Made by a program: the position numbers and the translations under genes | Part shown: positions 46,797 to 57,468 of the stretch, piece after piece | Layout: every line of letters starts with the position of its first letter | Numbering within the stretch: position 1 is the first letter of the stretch | Notes under the pieces: generated by a model | The model's database searches: none | Seen by the model: only the letters and a program-made list of their open reading frames with translations | Told to the model about the DNA's origin: nothing | From: Verrucomicrobiia bacterium | GTDB lineage: Bacteria > Verrucomicrobiota > Verrucomicrobiia > Limisphaerales > UBA11358 | DNA: 64,000 bases | Assembly: GCA_035943555.1 (NCBI GenBank) | Contig: DASZCA010000400.1 | Span: 1,883 to 65,882 of the forward strand | Reading direction: 5' to 3'

Positions 46797-49700
46797 TTGA
46801 AGAGTTTCATTAAATTGGGGGTTTTATTTGGCTTCAGCTTTGTAACTAGCCTATCTCTGCCAGCCGCAACTAATACTACTCAAATCCAGTATCTATCCGG
46901 AACGGATAAAGAGAACACGGTCCCTTGGCAGTTTTACATGACGGGTGGCGGGCGCAGCAACAATGTCTCTACAACCATTCCGGTTCCATCCTGCTGGCAG
47001 ACCAAGGGTTTTGGTTCCTATATGTATGGCAACCATTCTGGAAACGGCAGCACGAATCAATCCCAGTCGGTAGGCCAATATACCACTACATTTTCCGTGC
47101 CTGCCGGTTGGGCCGGGGAACGAATCTACTTGGTTTATGAAGGAGTGTTAACTGATACCGCTACGATGATAAATGGTCAAATTATCGCAGGCGCCGTCAC
47201 AAATACAACCGTAACAACAAACCTTAACGCACTGCCAAATGATCGTGCTTTTGATAACACTGCAGCTAGCAGTCCAGGTGGAGCAGGCGGCATGGCATCG
47301 AGTGCCGTGGGCAATGTCAATCTAGGCACCTTGAACCAATTCACTATGACCGCTTGGGTCAAACCACAGGCGGCGATCGGCAGCGGCCTTTTTCCGCGTA
47401 TTATGATGGTCGGCGCAACTTCGGGTTATGACACCAGTGCGGCGAACGGAGCGGCGTTTTTAGGAAACGGCTCTGGATTTGAATTAACGGTAAATACAGG
47501 ATTGGTAAATACCCCCACCGGAGCACTTACGGGGACGGATTGGTATTTTGTGGCCGTGACTTATGATTCCTCCAGCGGCAACGCCAATTTCTACGTTGGC
47601 AGTCCGACCTCCGCGACGGTCTTGTTTTCAACTCAGACATTTTCACCAAACCCAGGCCCGGTCGCCTTTGGCACAACTGCCTACGCATATCTTTTGAATC
47701 GCTGGACTCCCTCCAAAATGTTGGATCGTGCCTTCGACGGTTTAGGAGATGATTTTAGGTTTTTTACCAATGTACTTAACCAAGGCGCGCTAGAACTGGT
47801 ACGTTCCAACGCCTTAAGCTCCGCCGCGCCGCCGTCCGCCGTGGCGCAGTATCAATGGAATTTCAACGTTGCCACCACGGCAACGACGGTCACCCCGACA
47901 TTGGGAGTCGGCGGCATCTTGAACTTCACAAATGCCGTCGGTACGGCGGCGAATCTTTACAGTTCCGTCGGTCAGGGGGTTTCCGGCGCAAGCAATGTCC
48001 CCACAACCAATACAACTGTCACAACCACCTTGCATCAGGGTGGGTTTTATGAATTTAGCTATGAAGTCACGACTAATGTCGTGGTCGGTGCGAATACCAA
48101 CGTGTTGAATGTGACCGTCAATGAATGGTCGGCCAACGCGTCAATCAACAGCGCCGAGCGGCAGGGGGATTTCTGGGATTTCAGCGGCATTTTCCGGCCG
48201 GTTTATCTGATGGCCAAGCCTCAGTCGAATATTCAACGTCTGGCAGTGGACGCGCAATCGAGCGGCCTCATCAACGTAAATGTGTTTCTTTCGGGCATCA
48301 CCAGCAATTCCATTGTAGTTGCGAGCGTGACAGACACAAACAATATCCGCTTAGGCAATCCTATGACCAATATCGTGACCGCAGGCACGACGAATGTGCT
48401 GTTGTCCGCCACGTTGCCCTCACCGCAGTTATGGTCGGCGGAGTTTCCAAACCTCTACACATTGACCGTGCAATTGCTCGACACAAATAACAATGTGGTT
48501 CACACGGTGACAAACCTGGTAGGCTTTCGCACAATTACTTTCAGCAACGGTGTCGGTTATTTCGTCAATGGCACCAAGGTTGTGCTGCGCGGCATTTGCC
48601 GCCACGAATTCTGGCCTACCGATGGCCGCACAACGAGTCTGACGGAGAGCGACCTGGACATTGATCTGATCAAGGATATGAACTTTAATGCCGTGCGCAT
48701 GAGTCATTATCCGCCGAACAAAATCTTTCTGGATGAATGTGACCGGCTTGGTTTATATGTTTTTGATGAGCTAACCGGTTGGCAGCATGCTTATGACAAT
48801 ACTGTCGCCCCACAACTCGTCAAAGAAATGGTAATCCGCGATGTTAACCACCCTTCGATCATCGCGTGGGACAATGGCAACGAAGGCGGCTGGAATACTA
48901 CGGTAGACAACAACGGAACGGGTTCAACGAATGTCTATGCCATCTGGGACCTCCAAAACCGTCATGTCAATCGTCCTTCCAGCACGTTCAACAATGTGCA
49001 GGATGATCATTATCCATCCTATAGCGGCTTTACTAACAATCTTGGAGCGGGCAAGACCGCGTATGACTGCACGGAAATTTTGCATGGACTCTTCGACGGC
49101 GGCGGCGGGGCAAGTTTGTCCGACTATTGGGACATGATGCGCACCGCTACCAACGGCATCGGGATGTTCACCTGGGCTTATCTGGATGAAGGTGTCGTGC
49201 GCAACGATTTGGTCGGCAACTCCATTGACGTTCAAGATCAGAACGCACCGGACGGCATTGTTGGCCCATATCGCGAGCGCGAGGCGAGCTACTACACATA
49301 TAAGGCCACTTACAATCCGTCGCAAGTCACGCCACCCGACCCCACAACTTTCAACGGCGCGCTCACCATTGAGAACCGATTTAGTTTTACTAGCCTAAAC
49401 CAATGCACCTTTGACTGGCAGCTTGGATGGTATCCCGATGCAACTGATTCTGGCAACGCCAGCACGAATGCACTGACCGGAGGATTTTTGGTGGCTGCGG
49501 ACAGTGGCAAGTTCGCAGGGCCAAATGTGTCACCTGGCGCGACTGGTTCACTGGTGTTGCCGGGTTTTCCAGCTAATGGCACGAATTACGACGCGCTGCA
49601 CCTGACAGCGACCGACCCCTTCGGCAACAATCTTTATACTTGGACTTTTACTTTGCATTCACCGTCTCAAATCCGTGACCGGATTTTAGGCACAGGGCTA

Positions 49701-50771
49701 ACTAATGTCCTGGCAATTGCCGCTGGCACGAATGCCACGGAAATCATCGTGACCAACGGACCGCGAGTTTTTCATTTCAGCAAAACCATGGGCGTGATCA
49801 ACAGCATGACAGTTTCCAATCAATCGGTTTCATTCACCAACGGCCCGGTGCTTGTGGCAGGGGCGTGGAATGTTACGTCCGTAACCAATTATTTTGACGG
49901 TACCAATTATGTGGTTATGGTCAATAATATCAATACCTCGACCAATGCCTTTCAATGGACGTTACGGCCGGATGGTTGGTTGAAGTTGAATTATCTCTAC
50001 ACCGTGACCGGTTTGCAGACCTGGATGGGTATCACGTTTAATTATCCAAGCGACAACGTGGTCGGCATGAGTTGGCTGGGGCAGGGGCCATATCGAGACT
50101 ACAAAAACCGCCTGGCTGGACAGGAAGTTTTTGTTCACACCAAAGGCACGAACTATACGTCGACCGGGCGTGATCTTTTATCGCAGCCCAACAATTCCGC
50201 ATGGGTTTATCCTGAATTTGCCGGCTACTACGGCCAGCTCAACTGGGCTACTCTGCGGACAACCGAGCAGCCCATCACCGTTGTTACCCCGACTAGCAAT
50301 CTTTTTTTGCGCGTGCTGACGCCGCCCGCTTCGGGAAATAACAACTCGGACACAACCTATCCTTCGGGCGCGATTTCTTTGTTGCATGGGATCAGTGCCA
50401 TTGGGGACAAGTTTCACGCGACATCTAGTTATGGACCTTCAGCGGCATTAAACAACGCCACGGGGGTTTACACGGGTGAGGCGGATTTTTTCTTCGGCCC
50501 AGTCGTCGTAGCTTCGACAGTTCCGCCACCACTGCCATCCACGCCGCGCCTCAACCACATCAGTTTGATTGGCACAGGACTGTCTCTGTCGGCCACCAAT
50601 GGCACGCCGGGCGGTTCGTGGACGTTGTTGCAAAGCACTAATATTTTGTTGCCATTGAACCAATGGCAGATCAACCGGACGGGTAATTTTGATGGATCCG
50701 GCAATCTGTCGACCAATATTGTCAATACAGCCACCAACCGTCAGGAATTTTACATTCTCCAAGCGCAGTAA
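46797..50771 (+). CDS. GH2 glycosidase with a LamG-like module inserted in the N-terminal sugar-binding domain, plus the conserved C-terminal module
   Basis: The ORF opens at GTG 46740. TTG 46797 gives the signal peptide MKSFIKLGVLFGFSFVTSLSLPAA. It is collinear with the GH2 at 53656 (IPVPSCWQ, GIFRPVYL, NAVRMSHYPP, DELTGWQH, WDNGNEGGW) except for ~279 extra residues at 47193-48029. The tail ends QEFYILQAQ. Confidence 0.8.
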   Translation: MKSFIKLGVLFGFSFVTSLSLPAATNTTQIQYLSGTDKENTVPWQFYMTGGGRSNNVSTTIPVPSCWQTKGFGSYMYGNHSGNGSTNQSQSVGQYTTTFSVPAGWAGERIYLVYEGVLTDTATMINGQIIAGAVTNTTVTTNLNALPNDRAFDNTAASSPGGAGGMASSAVGNVNLGTLNQFTMTAWVKPQAAIGSGLFPRIMMVGATSGYDTSAANGAAFLGNGSGFELTVNTGLVNTPTGALTGTDWYFVAVTYDSSSGNANFYVGSPTSATVLFSTQTFSPNPGPVAFGTTAYAYLLNRWTPSKMLDRAFDGLGDDFRFFTNVLNQGALELVRSNALSSAAPPSAVAQYQWNFNVATTATTVTPTLGVGGILNFTNAVGTAANLYSSVGQGVSGASNVPTTNTTVTTTLHQGGFYEFSYEVTTNVVVGANTNVLNVTVNEWSANASINSAERQGDFWDFSGIFRPVYLMAKPQSNIQRLAVDAQSSGLINVNVFLSGITSNSIVVASVTDTNNIRLGNPMTNIVTAGTTNVLLSATLPSPQLWSAEFPNLYTLTVQLLDTNNNVVHTVTNLVGFRTITFSNGVGYFVNGTKVVLRGICRHEFWPTDGRTTSLTESDLDIDLIKDMNFNAVRMSHYPPNKIFLDECDRLGLYVFDELTGWQHAYDNTVAPQLVKEMVIRDVNHPSIIAWDNGNEGGWNTTVDNNGTGSTNVYAIWDLQNRHVNRPSSTFNNVQDDHYPSYSGFTNNLGAGKTAYDCTEILHGLFDGGGGASLSDYWDMMRTATNGIGMFTWAYLDEGVVRNDLVGNSIDVQDQNAPDGIVGPYREREASYYTYKATYNPSQVTPPDPTTFNGALTIENRFSFTSLNQCTFDWQLGWYPDATDSGNASTNALTGGFLVAADSGKFAGPNVSPGATGSLVLPGFPANGTNYDALHLTATDPFGNNLYTWTFTLHSPSQIRDRILGTGLTNVLAIAAGTNATEIIVTNGPRVFHFSKTMGVINSMTVSNQSVSFTNGPVLVAGAWNVTSVTNYFDGTNYVVMVNNINTSTNAFQWTLRPDGWLKLNYLYTVTGLQTWMGITFNYPSDNVVGMSWLGQGPYRDYKNRLAGQEVFVHTKGTNYTSTGRDLLSQPNNSAWVYPEFAGYYGQLNWATLRTTEQPITVVTPTSNLFLRVLTPPASGNNNSDTTYPSGAISLLHGISAIGDKFHATSSYGPSAALNNATGVYTGEADFFFGPVVVASTVPPPLPSTPRLNHISLIGTGLSLSATNGTPGGSWTLLQSTNILLPLNQWQINRTGNFDGSGNLSTNIVNTATNRQEFYILQAQ
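50544..50768 (+). repeat. C-terminal module copy 2 (75 codons)
   Basis: [75 protein letters not shown]. Confidence 0.85.
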
Positions 50772-50861
50772 ATTTTATTATTTCATGAAAAAAGTTACCT
50801 ATGAGAAGGTTTTTTATTTTAAAAAAAGACTATGTTGAGCTGTGAAGATTAAATTTTATTT

Positions 50862-53612
50862 ATGAAAACATGGTTTTCTATTGGCATTTTGCCCATCATT
50901 CTTATAGGGATGTTGGTTGCAGCTTTTCCGTTACGAGCGGACATCGCCCTGGTTGATACAGCAGGTGAAGCGGGGTTGTCAATGTCAATAGCCGAAACCG
51001 GCCCGACCTCGGTCACTATCAGTAACTTCACGGTCAGCGCAATGGCAAATGTGCTGGTGGTGCTGGTGGAAGACAAGGGTGCTTCCGCAGTTAATAGCGA
51101 GCCAGTAAGTTTGACCTGGGGTTCTCAAACTATCCTCAAGGCCATAGCACAGGACAATTCTGACATTACCCGTCGTGGCTCCTCCATTTATTATCTTTTT
51201 AATCCTACTCCCGGAACAAATAATCTGACGGCGGTGGTTGCTAATTCTCCGGCCGATGTAGAGATGACGGCTTTTACGCTCAGTGGTGTGGATACGACGG
51301 TAGTTCCAAAAACAGGCGGAGTTCCCGTCACTGGCTCAAGCGGTTCGCTAACCTTTAATGTGCCGGGAGTTGTGGCGGGTTCGTGGGCGGCTGTGAACTC
51401 CACCTGGGCTTCTACTATTCCTACTCCCGCCATTACCGGCACCGGCGGTACAACTAGTCTGACATCTCTACTCGTAACTACCGCCGGAACGTCCTCCATC
51501 ATGACTGCGGGTTATATTTCCGGATTAAGCGGCGGCACCGTCACCTTTGCGGCCAACTGGAGCGGCAACCAGAAAGATAATTTCGCCGCCGCCGTCTTCA
51601 CGCCACTTACGACAACGATTAACCTCACGGCGGCTTCCGCTATGCCAATTCCGGTGACGGTCGGCTCCAATGTCTTGCTAAGTGTCACCGCCTCATCTAC
51701 GTCAGGTTCAATTACCAGCATAGTAGTTAATGCCAGATCTATCGGCGGATCATCAGCCCTTCCACTTAACTTTTCGTCGGGCAATGTTTATACCAACTCC
51801 ACTATAACTACGATATCGTCTCCCGGCGCAATCCTCCCGGTTACCATCCGAGACAACGTTGGCAACACTCTGGCGGGTAGCGTGCAAGTGACGGTGCAAA
51901 CCATCGCGGACATGCAAATCGACGCTTTTAATAAGGCTTATCTCATCCAGACAAATGATGCGAGTAAGAATACTTATTTAGTTTATTATTCAAAAAGTTT
52001 GACTAACGGGGCTTATGACGGCACTTGGACCTTGTCGCTGGATATTCAAGGTGAGGAGGACGCTTTCGAACGCACCGGTAACCCACAGCAGCAGCAATTG
52101 ATTAATAGCCTGTGCACGACTTGGTTGATTCTGACTCCGCCGCCGTGGTCTTGGGACGGTTGGAATGATGACATTGGCTGGTTTTCGTTGGCCTTAGCTC
52201 GTGGATATCAGATGACCGGGAACACCAATTTTCTCAATGCTGCCCAATATGGATTCAACTTCGCCTTCAGTCGCGGATGGGACACAAACTACAACAACGG
52301 TGGTATTTGGGAACAACAGCCGGCAAACATGCCTGCCGGCCAGACTGCCAGCAAAAATCCTCTGGCTTGTGATAGCTTATTGCAAACGGTGTGTATGCTT
52401 TATCAAAGCACCTCCAATGCAGTGTACCTGGCTCAAGCGCAGCAAATTTATAGCTGGGTGCGTACTAATCTCTTCAATCCCAATACGGGCCAAGTTTACG
52501 GAAGCATCGCCACCAACGGAACGGTTGACACCAGTGCCAATCTCTATAACCAAGGAACTTTTGTGGATTGCGCCAATCTGCTACATAACATCACCGGCCA
52601 GCAATTTTATTACAATGACGCGCTCATAGCGGTTGAATACACAAGAAACCATCTGACATCAAATGGCATTTTTAACAATGGTGCAACCTACTTGAACACC
52701 TGGGCTGCCGAATTTGCGCGTGGTCTTGGACACTTCGTCAAAGATAATAGCTTATGGAGCACTTACTATCCGTGGATGCTCGCCAACGCCAATGCCGCCT
52801 GGGGTTGCCGACGGACTGATTACAATGTTTCATGGAATGCTTGGACTCAAACGACGCCAACCAATGACGTGATTGCCAATTGGGACGTGAACGCCGTAGC
52901 CATGACCCAGGTGACGCCGGCAAGTGAACCGGGATTGATAAATTGCACAAACCAGTTGCATGGAACCATCATCGGCACTGTGGGGTCATGGAATAACGGC
53001 GGCAATACCGTTGCCAAAGTATTCGACGGCAACTTAAATACTTACTTTGATGCGCCCAGCGGCTCGGTTAATCCTTGGGCCGGTCTGGATTTTGGAGTGG
53101 GTGTGAGTAATGTAATTGGCCAGATCAATTACTGGCCGCGCATTGGCTACTCCGGCCGTATGTTAGGCGGAATGTTTCAAGGCGACAGCACTCCTCTATT
53201 TTCGCACCCGGTGACGCTTTTCACCATTGCCACGGCACCACCAGAAAATAACATTGTCACGCCGCAAACCATCACTAATACAAATGCCTTCCGCTGCGTG
53301 CGGTATGTTTCGGCTGACAGTTCTGGCAACGTGGCGGAGATCCAATTTTTCTCCCTCAATCCGCCATTCCTTCCTGCAACTCCCAAGATTATTGGCATTG
53401 TTATGAATGGTTCGAACGGCCTCTCTTTTTCTGCAATCAATGGCACGCCGGGAGGCGTCTGGACGTTAATGCAAAGCACCAATGTGTCACTGCCCATGGG
53501 CCAATGGCAGACCATCATCAGTGGGACTTTTGACGGAAGCGGCAACCTGTTCACAAATCTCGCCAATACTGCCACCAACCTTCAGGAATTTTACATTCTC
53601 AAAGTTCAGTAA
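50862..53612 (+). CDS. Secreted GH76 (endo-alpha-1,6-mannanase family) enzyme with ~340-aa unknown N-terminal region, Ig-like module, discoidin/CBM-like module and conserved C-terminal module
   Basis: Signal peptide MKTWFSIGILPIILIGMLVAAFPLRA. The GH76-like core is WNDDIGWFSLALARGYQMTGN..GGIWEQQ..NLYNQGTFVDCANLL. The CBM-like unit is KVFDGNLNTYFDAP..VRYVSAD. The tail ends QEFYILKVQ. Confidence 0.75.
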   Translation: MKTWFSIGILPIILIGMLVAAFPLRADIALVDTAGEAGLSMSIAETGPTSVTISNFTVSAMANVLVVLVEDKGASAVNSEPVSLTWGSQTILKAIAQDNSDITRRGSSIYYLFNPTPGTNNLTAVVANSPADVEMTAFTLSGVDTTVVPKTGGVPVTGSSGSLTFNVPGVVAGSWAAVNSTWASTIPTPAITGTGGTTSLTSLLVTTAGTSSIMTAGYISGLSGGTVTFAANWSGNQKDNFAAAVFTPLTTTINLTAASAMPIPVTVGSNVLLSVTASSTSGSITSIVVNARSIGGSSALPLNFSSGNVYTNSTITTISSPGAILPVTIRDNVGNTLAGSVQVTVQTIADMQIDAFNKAYLIQTNDASKNTYLVYYSKSLTNGAYDGTWTLSLDIQGEEDAFERTGNPQQQQLINSLCTTWLILTPPPWSWDGWNDDIGWFSLALARGYQMTGNTNFLNAAQYGFNFAFSRGWDTNYNNGGIWEQQPANMPAGQTASKNPLACDSLLQTVCMLYQSTSNAVYLAQAQQIYSWVRTNLFNPNTGQVYGSIATNGTVDTSANLYNQGTFVDCANLLHNITGQQFYYNDALIAVEYTRNHLTSNGIFNNGATYLNTWAAEFARGLGHFVKDNSLWSTYYPWMLANANAAWGCRRTDYNVSWNAWTQTTPTNDVIANWDVNAVAMTQVTPASEPGLINCTNQLHGTIIGTVGSWNNGGNTVAKVFDGNLNTYFDAPSGSVNPWAGLDFGVGVSNVIGQINYWPRIGYSGRMLGGMFQGDSTPLFSHPVTLFTIATAPPENNIVTPQTITNTNAFRCVRYVSADSSGNVAEIQFFSLNPPFLPATPKIIGIVMNGSNGLSFSAINGTPGGVWTLMQSTNVSLPMGQWQTIISGTFDGSGNLFTNLANTATNLQEFYILKVQ
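53382..53609 (+). repeat. C-terminal module copy 3 (76 codons)
   Basis: PKIIGIVMNGSNGLSFSAINGTPGGVWTLMQSTNVSLPMGQWQTIISGTFDGSGNLFTNLANTATNLQEFYILKVQ. Confidence 0.85.
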
Positions 53613-53655
53613 ATACCAGAAAATATATTTATCTGACGGCTTCATCATTGACAAC

Positions 53656-56334
53656 ATGACCAACCATTATACTAGCGTCAGACATTTTTTAATCGCGATC
53701 GTTTTCAGCTTAAGCCTGCTGGCTTGCATTCTGCCGGTTACGGCGCAGGAAACCATCCGGCAATATCTTTCTGGCACCGATGGCGAGCATACTGTGCTGT
53801 GGGATTTTTATTGTTCCGACGGGCGCAACAGTGGCGTGTGGACAAACATCCCGGTGCCGTCGTGCTGGGAATTGCAGGGCTTTGGAAAATTTCGCTACGG
53901 CCACGAGGATAAAGCTTACACGCCGATTCGGAGCGACTACCGCCATCGTTTTAATGTTCCCGCCGACTGGGGTGGGCGGCGCGTCTTCATCGTCTTTGAG
54001 GGCGTGATGACTGATGCCTCTGTGAAAGTGAACGGTGTGGAGGCCGGGCCGCTGCATCAAGGTGCGTTCTACCGTTTCAAATATGACATAACTAAGCTGC
54101 TTAAATTTGGTAAGGAAAACCTGCTCGAAGTTTCCGTTTCAGATAAATCTGCGAATTATTCTGTGACTCATGCCGAGCGCGATGCGGACTACTGGGTTTT
54201 CGGTGGAATTTTTCGTCCGGTCTGGTTGCAGGCAGAACCGGAGCAGTTTGTGGATCGCGTCGCGATTGACGCGCGTGCCGACGGCACATTCTCGCTGAAT
54301 TATTTTCTAGGCGGCGAAGGAAAGGCCAAAACCGTCGAAGTGACACTTCAGGACGCACAGGGAAAAATCGTTGGCAAACCTGTTTCTGTGCCGGTGACGG
54401 CAGGCCGGATCACCACAAAGATTTCCGCACCGGATTTATGGACTGCCGAAACACCCAATCTTTACACCGCCGTTGTGCAACTCAAGCAGGGCAAAAAAGT
54501 GCTGCACGAGCTTAGGCAGCTTTTCGGATTTCGCACGATTGAAATTCGTCCGGGCGAAGGAATGTTCGTCAACGGCCAGCACATCATGCTCAAAGGCGTC
54601 GGTCATCACGTCGCTTGGCCGTCTTTGGGGCGTTCTTCCTCCGACCGGATTGCCGCGCTCGATGTCGGCTTGCTTCAGGACATGAATATGAATGCCGTGC
54701 GCATGACGCATTATCCGCCGGACGAAAAATTTCTCGATCTGTGTGATGAAAAAGGCCTTTACGTCCTCGACGAACTCACCGGCTGGCAGCACAAATACGA
54801 CTCGGAAGTCGGACACCAGCACGTCACAGAAATGGTTTCACGCGACGTGAACCATCCAAGCATCATCATTTGGGACAATGGCAACGAAGGCGGCTGGAAC
54901 ACAAATCTAGACGCTGATTTTTCGCAACTTGATCCGCAGCATCGCGCTGTCAATCATCCTTGGGCGAAGTTTGGAAATATTGACGATCCGCATTACCCGG
55001 ACTACAAATCCTTGAAGCACGGTCTGGCGGGAAATCTGGTTTACATGCCAACCGAATTTCTGCATGGTCTTTATGATGGCGGCCTCGGTGCAGGCTTGGA
55101 CGATTATTGGAATGCGATGCGCGCCAGCAAAGTTTCGGCGGGCGGATTTTTGTGGGTGTTCGCCGACGAAGGGGTGGAGCGCAGCGATTCGAACAATGTG
55201 GTGGATGTAAAAGGCAACTGGGCGCCTGACGGCATCATGGGGCCGTATCGCGAAAAAGAAGGTAGCTACTTTACGATCAAACAAATCTGGTCGCCGGTGC
55301 AATTGCCTGATGCTTTGCCAGAAAATTTCGACGGCATTCTGCCGGTGGAAAATCGTTATGACTTCACGGATTTGTCCAAATGCAGTTTTTCCTGGCAACT
55401 GCGGAAGTTCGGCGGTTCGAGCAATTTTGAGACAGTTGCCGAAGGCACAATTGCCAGTCCAGAAATTGCCCCGACCAAAACCGGCAGCCTGAAATTAAAT
55501 CTGCCGGTGGATAGAAAAAATGTCGACGCTCTGGCCGTGACGGCGCGCAATCCGAACGGCCAGGAATTATGGACGTGGGTTTATCCGTTGCAGCAACAAA
55601 ATAAATTTGCGCCAGCCGGTTCGGCGGTTGCGTCCACAATTGCGGGCGACGAATTGCAGATACAATTTGGCGACACCGAAGCACGCGTCGTATCGGCTAA
55701 CGGTCGATTGCTCGGTGTAAAAGTTGGTGGAAAAGACTTTTCGCTGACTAGCGCGCCGATTTCAGGTGCGAAATGGACGATGCTGGATTCAGGCTGGCTC
55801 AAGCTAGAATATTCCGTTGATCCGGTGCAATTGGCTGCAACGAACCCGGTTGGCGTCGCGTTCGATTATCCTGAAGAGAAAATGCTCAAAAAGACGTGGC
55901 TCGGCGACGGCCCTTATCGCGTCTGGCGCAACCGGCTCAAAGGCCCGGCACTCGGCGTTTGGGAAACGGATTACAATTCTACCGAGACTGGTTATAAAGA
56001 TTGGATTTATCCTGAATTTGCCGGCTATTTCGCCAACGTGCGCTGGTTGAAGCTCGCGACGACCGAAGGCACGGTTACCATGATGATTCCCGATGAAAAA
56101 ACTTTCGTGCGTGTCGGTACGCCAAAATTTCCAGAGGCTAAATTGTCCGGGAAGACGATGGTAAATTTTCCGCCGGGAAATCTGGCCATCTTGCGAGATA
56201 TTCCGGCGATCGGCACTAAATTTTCATCCGCCGCGCAGGGCGGTCCGCAAGGAACCACGCCGCTCGTCACCGCACCGTATCAGGGGACCATTTATCTTCA
56301 CTTTGAACCGTTTACCACGACGGCGGCAAAGTAA
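53656..56334 (+). CDS. GH2 glycosidase (canonical-architecture paralogue of 46797-50771), secreted
   Basis: The start is at MTNHYTSVRHFLIAIVFSLSLLACILPVTA. The upstream part of ORF 53482 overlaps the previous gene. Motifs are IPVPSCWE, GGIFRPVWL, NAVRMTHYPP, DELTGWQH and WDNGNEGGW. Confidence 0.8.
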   Translation: MTNHYTSVRHFLIAIVFSLSLLACILPVTAQETIRQYLSGTDGEHTVLWDFYCSDGRNSGVWTNIPVPSCWELQGFGKFRYGHEDKAYTPIRSDYRHRFNVPADWGGRRVFIVFEGVMTDASVKVNGVEAGPLHQGAFYRFKYDITKLLKFGKENLLEVSVSDKSANYSVTHAERDADYWVFGGIFRPVWLQAEPEQFVDRVAIDARADGTFSLNYFLGGEGKAKTVEVTLQDAQGKIVGKPVSVPVTAGRITTKISAPDLWTAETPNLYTAVVQLKQGKKVLHELRQLFGFRTIEIRPGEGMFVNGQHIMLKGVGHHVAWPSLGRSSSDRIAALDVGLLQDMNMNAVRMTHYPPDEKFLDLCDEKGLYVLDELTGWQHKYDSEVGHQHVTEMVSRDVNHPSIIIWDNGNEGGWNTNLDADFSQLDPQHRAVNHPWAKFGNIDDPHYPDYKSLKHGLAGNLVYMPTEFLHGLYDGGLGAGLDDYWNAMRASKVSAGGFLWVFADEGVERSDSNNVVDVKGNWAPDGIMGPYREKEGSYFTIKQIWSPVQLPDALPENFDGILPVENRYDFTDLSKCSFSWQLRKFGGSSNFETVAEGTIASPEIAPTKTGSLKLNLPVDRKNVDALAVTARNPNGQELWTWVYPLQQQNKFAPAGSAVASTIAGDELQIQFGDTEARVVSANGRLLGVKVGGKDFSLTSAPISGAKWTMLDSGWLKLEYSVDPVQLAATNPVGVAFDYPEEKMLKKTWLGDGPYRVWRNRLKGPALGVWETDYNSTETGYKDWIYPEFAGYFANVRWLKLATTEGTVTMMIPDEKTFVRVGTPKFPEAKLSGKTMVNFPPGNLAILRDIPAIGTKFSSAAQGGPQGTTPLVTAPYQGTIYLHFEPFTTTAAK

Positions 56335-56347
56335 ACCTAAGCAAAGT

Positions 56348-57349
56348 ATGAAAAACGGTCGGAAAAAAAATACCGTCACCCTCATTTTCATTTCCGCATT
56401 CGCCTTGTCATGCACAGTCAGTCAGGGCCAGGCAATCGCCACCAACAATCCGGCAGTGATTTTGTCAGGTAAGGGACTGACGCAACATGATTTCTTTTAT
56501 GCGGGCGAGGCCAAGACGCGTGATATGTTTATCGTGCGCGCTGGAAAAGTCATCTGGGCTTACAATGATACGTCAGGAAATGGCGAAATCAGCGACGCCC
56601 AACTGCTCTCGAACGGAAATGTTCTATTCGCGCACCAATTCGCCATCACACTCATCAACCCTGATAAAAAAATTTTGTGGAATTATGACGCCCCGCCCAA
56701 ATGTGAAATTCACACCGCGCAAATGATTGGAACCAACCGCGTCATCTTCATCCAAAACGGGCCGGAACCGAAAATTTTCGTGGCCAACCTTGCCAGTGGC
56801 CAGATGGAAAAAGAAATTGCTTTAAATGCCGGGAACAACAACAGCACGCATGGACAGTTCCGCCACGCACGCCTGACCGCCTCAGGCACTTATCTGGTGG
56901 CCCACATGGACATGGGAAAAATTGTTGAATATGACGAAAATGGCAACGCCATCTGGTCGGCGTCCGTGCCGCGCTTGTGGGCTGCGACTCGCTTGAAAAA
57001 CGGCAACACCTTGAGTAGCGGCGGAGGCGATGTTCGCGAAATAAATCCCGCTGGCGAAACTGTTTGGGAATTCACCGCGGCCGATATGCCAAGCAACAAT
57101 TTCAACAGTATTCAGATAGCAACGCGCCTGCCGAATGGCAACACGCTTATTAACGACTGGGTCAATCAATGGAATGGTGCGATTGATCCGGCCACCGCGC
57201 CGCCACAGGCGATTGAAGTCACGCCAGACAAAAAAATTGTCTGGACCTTATGCTCATGGATCAATCCCTCGCTTGGTCCGTCCACAACGATTCAATTGCT
57301 TGATGAACCGCATGTACCCGAAGCTGTTCATTTTGGGAATATTCAATAG
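56348..57349 (+). CDS. Secreted beta-propeller-like protein of unknown function (paralogue A)
   Basis: The start is at MKNGRKKNTVTLIFISAFALSCTV. It contains repeated ..SNGN(V/T)L.. / ..W(N/E)(Y/F).. blade-like units. It is clearly homologous to 58821-59924 (GKVIW.Y, HGQFR.AR.T..GTYLV, RLKNGNTL, EVTPDKK.VW). Confidence 0.55.
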   Translation: MKNGRKKNTVTLIFISAFALSCTVSQGQAIATNNPAVILSGKGLTQHDFFYAGEAKTRDMFIVRAGKVIWAYNDTSGNGEISDAQLLSNGNVLFAHQFAITLINPDKKILWNYDAPPKCEIHTAQMIGTNRVIFIQNGPEPKIFVANLASGQMEKEIALNAGNNNSTHGQFRHARLTASGTYLVAHMDMGKIVEYDENGNAIWSASVPRLWAATRLKNGNTLSSGGGDVREINPAGETVWEFTAADMPSNNFNSIQIATRLPNGNTLINDWVNQWNGAIDPATAPPQAIEVTPDKKIVWTLCSWINPSLGPSTTIQLLDEPHVPEAVHFGNIQ

Positions 57350-57468
57350 CTTTATAGCCAGTTACTCTAGCCATGGTTGTTTCACAGCTTATCATGAATT
57401 CAAGGGCAAGAAATTCGTTATCGCGACAAACTGCAATCTGCTGGCAAAGTCTTCGCGATTACAAATTT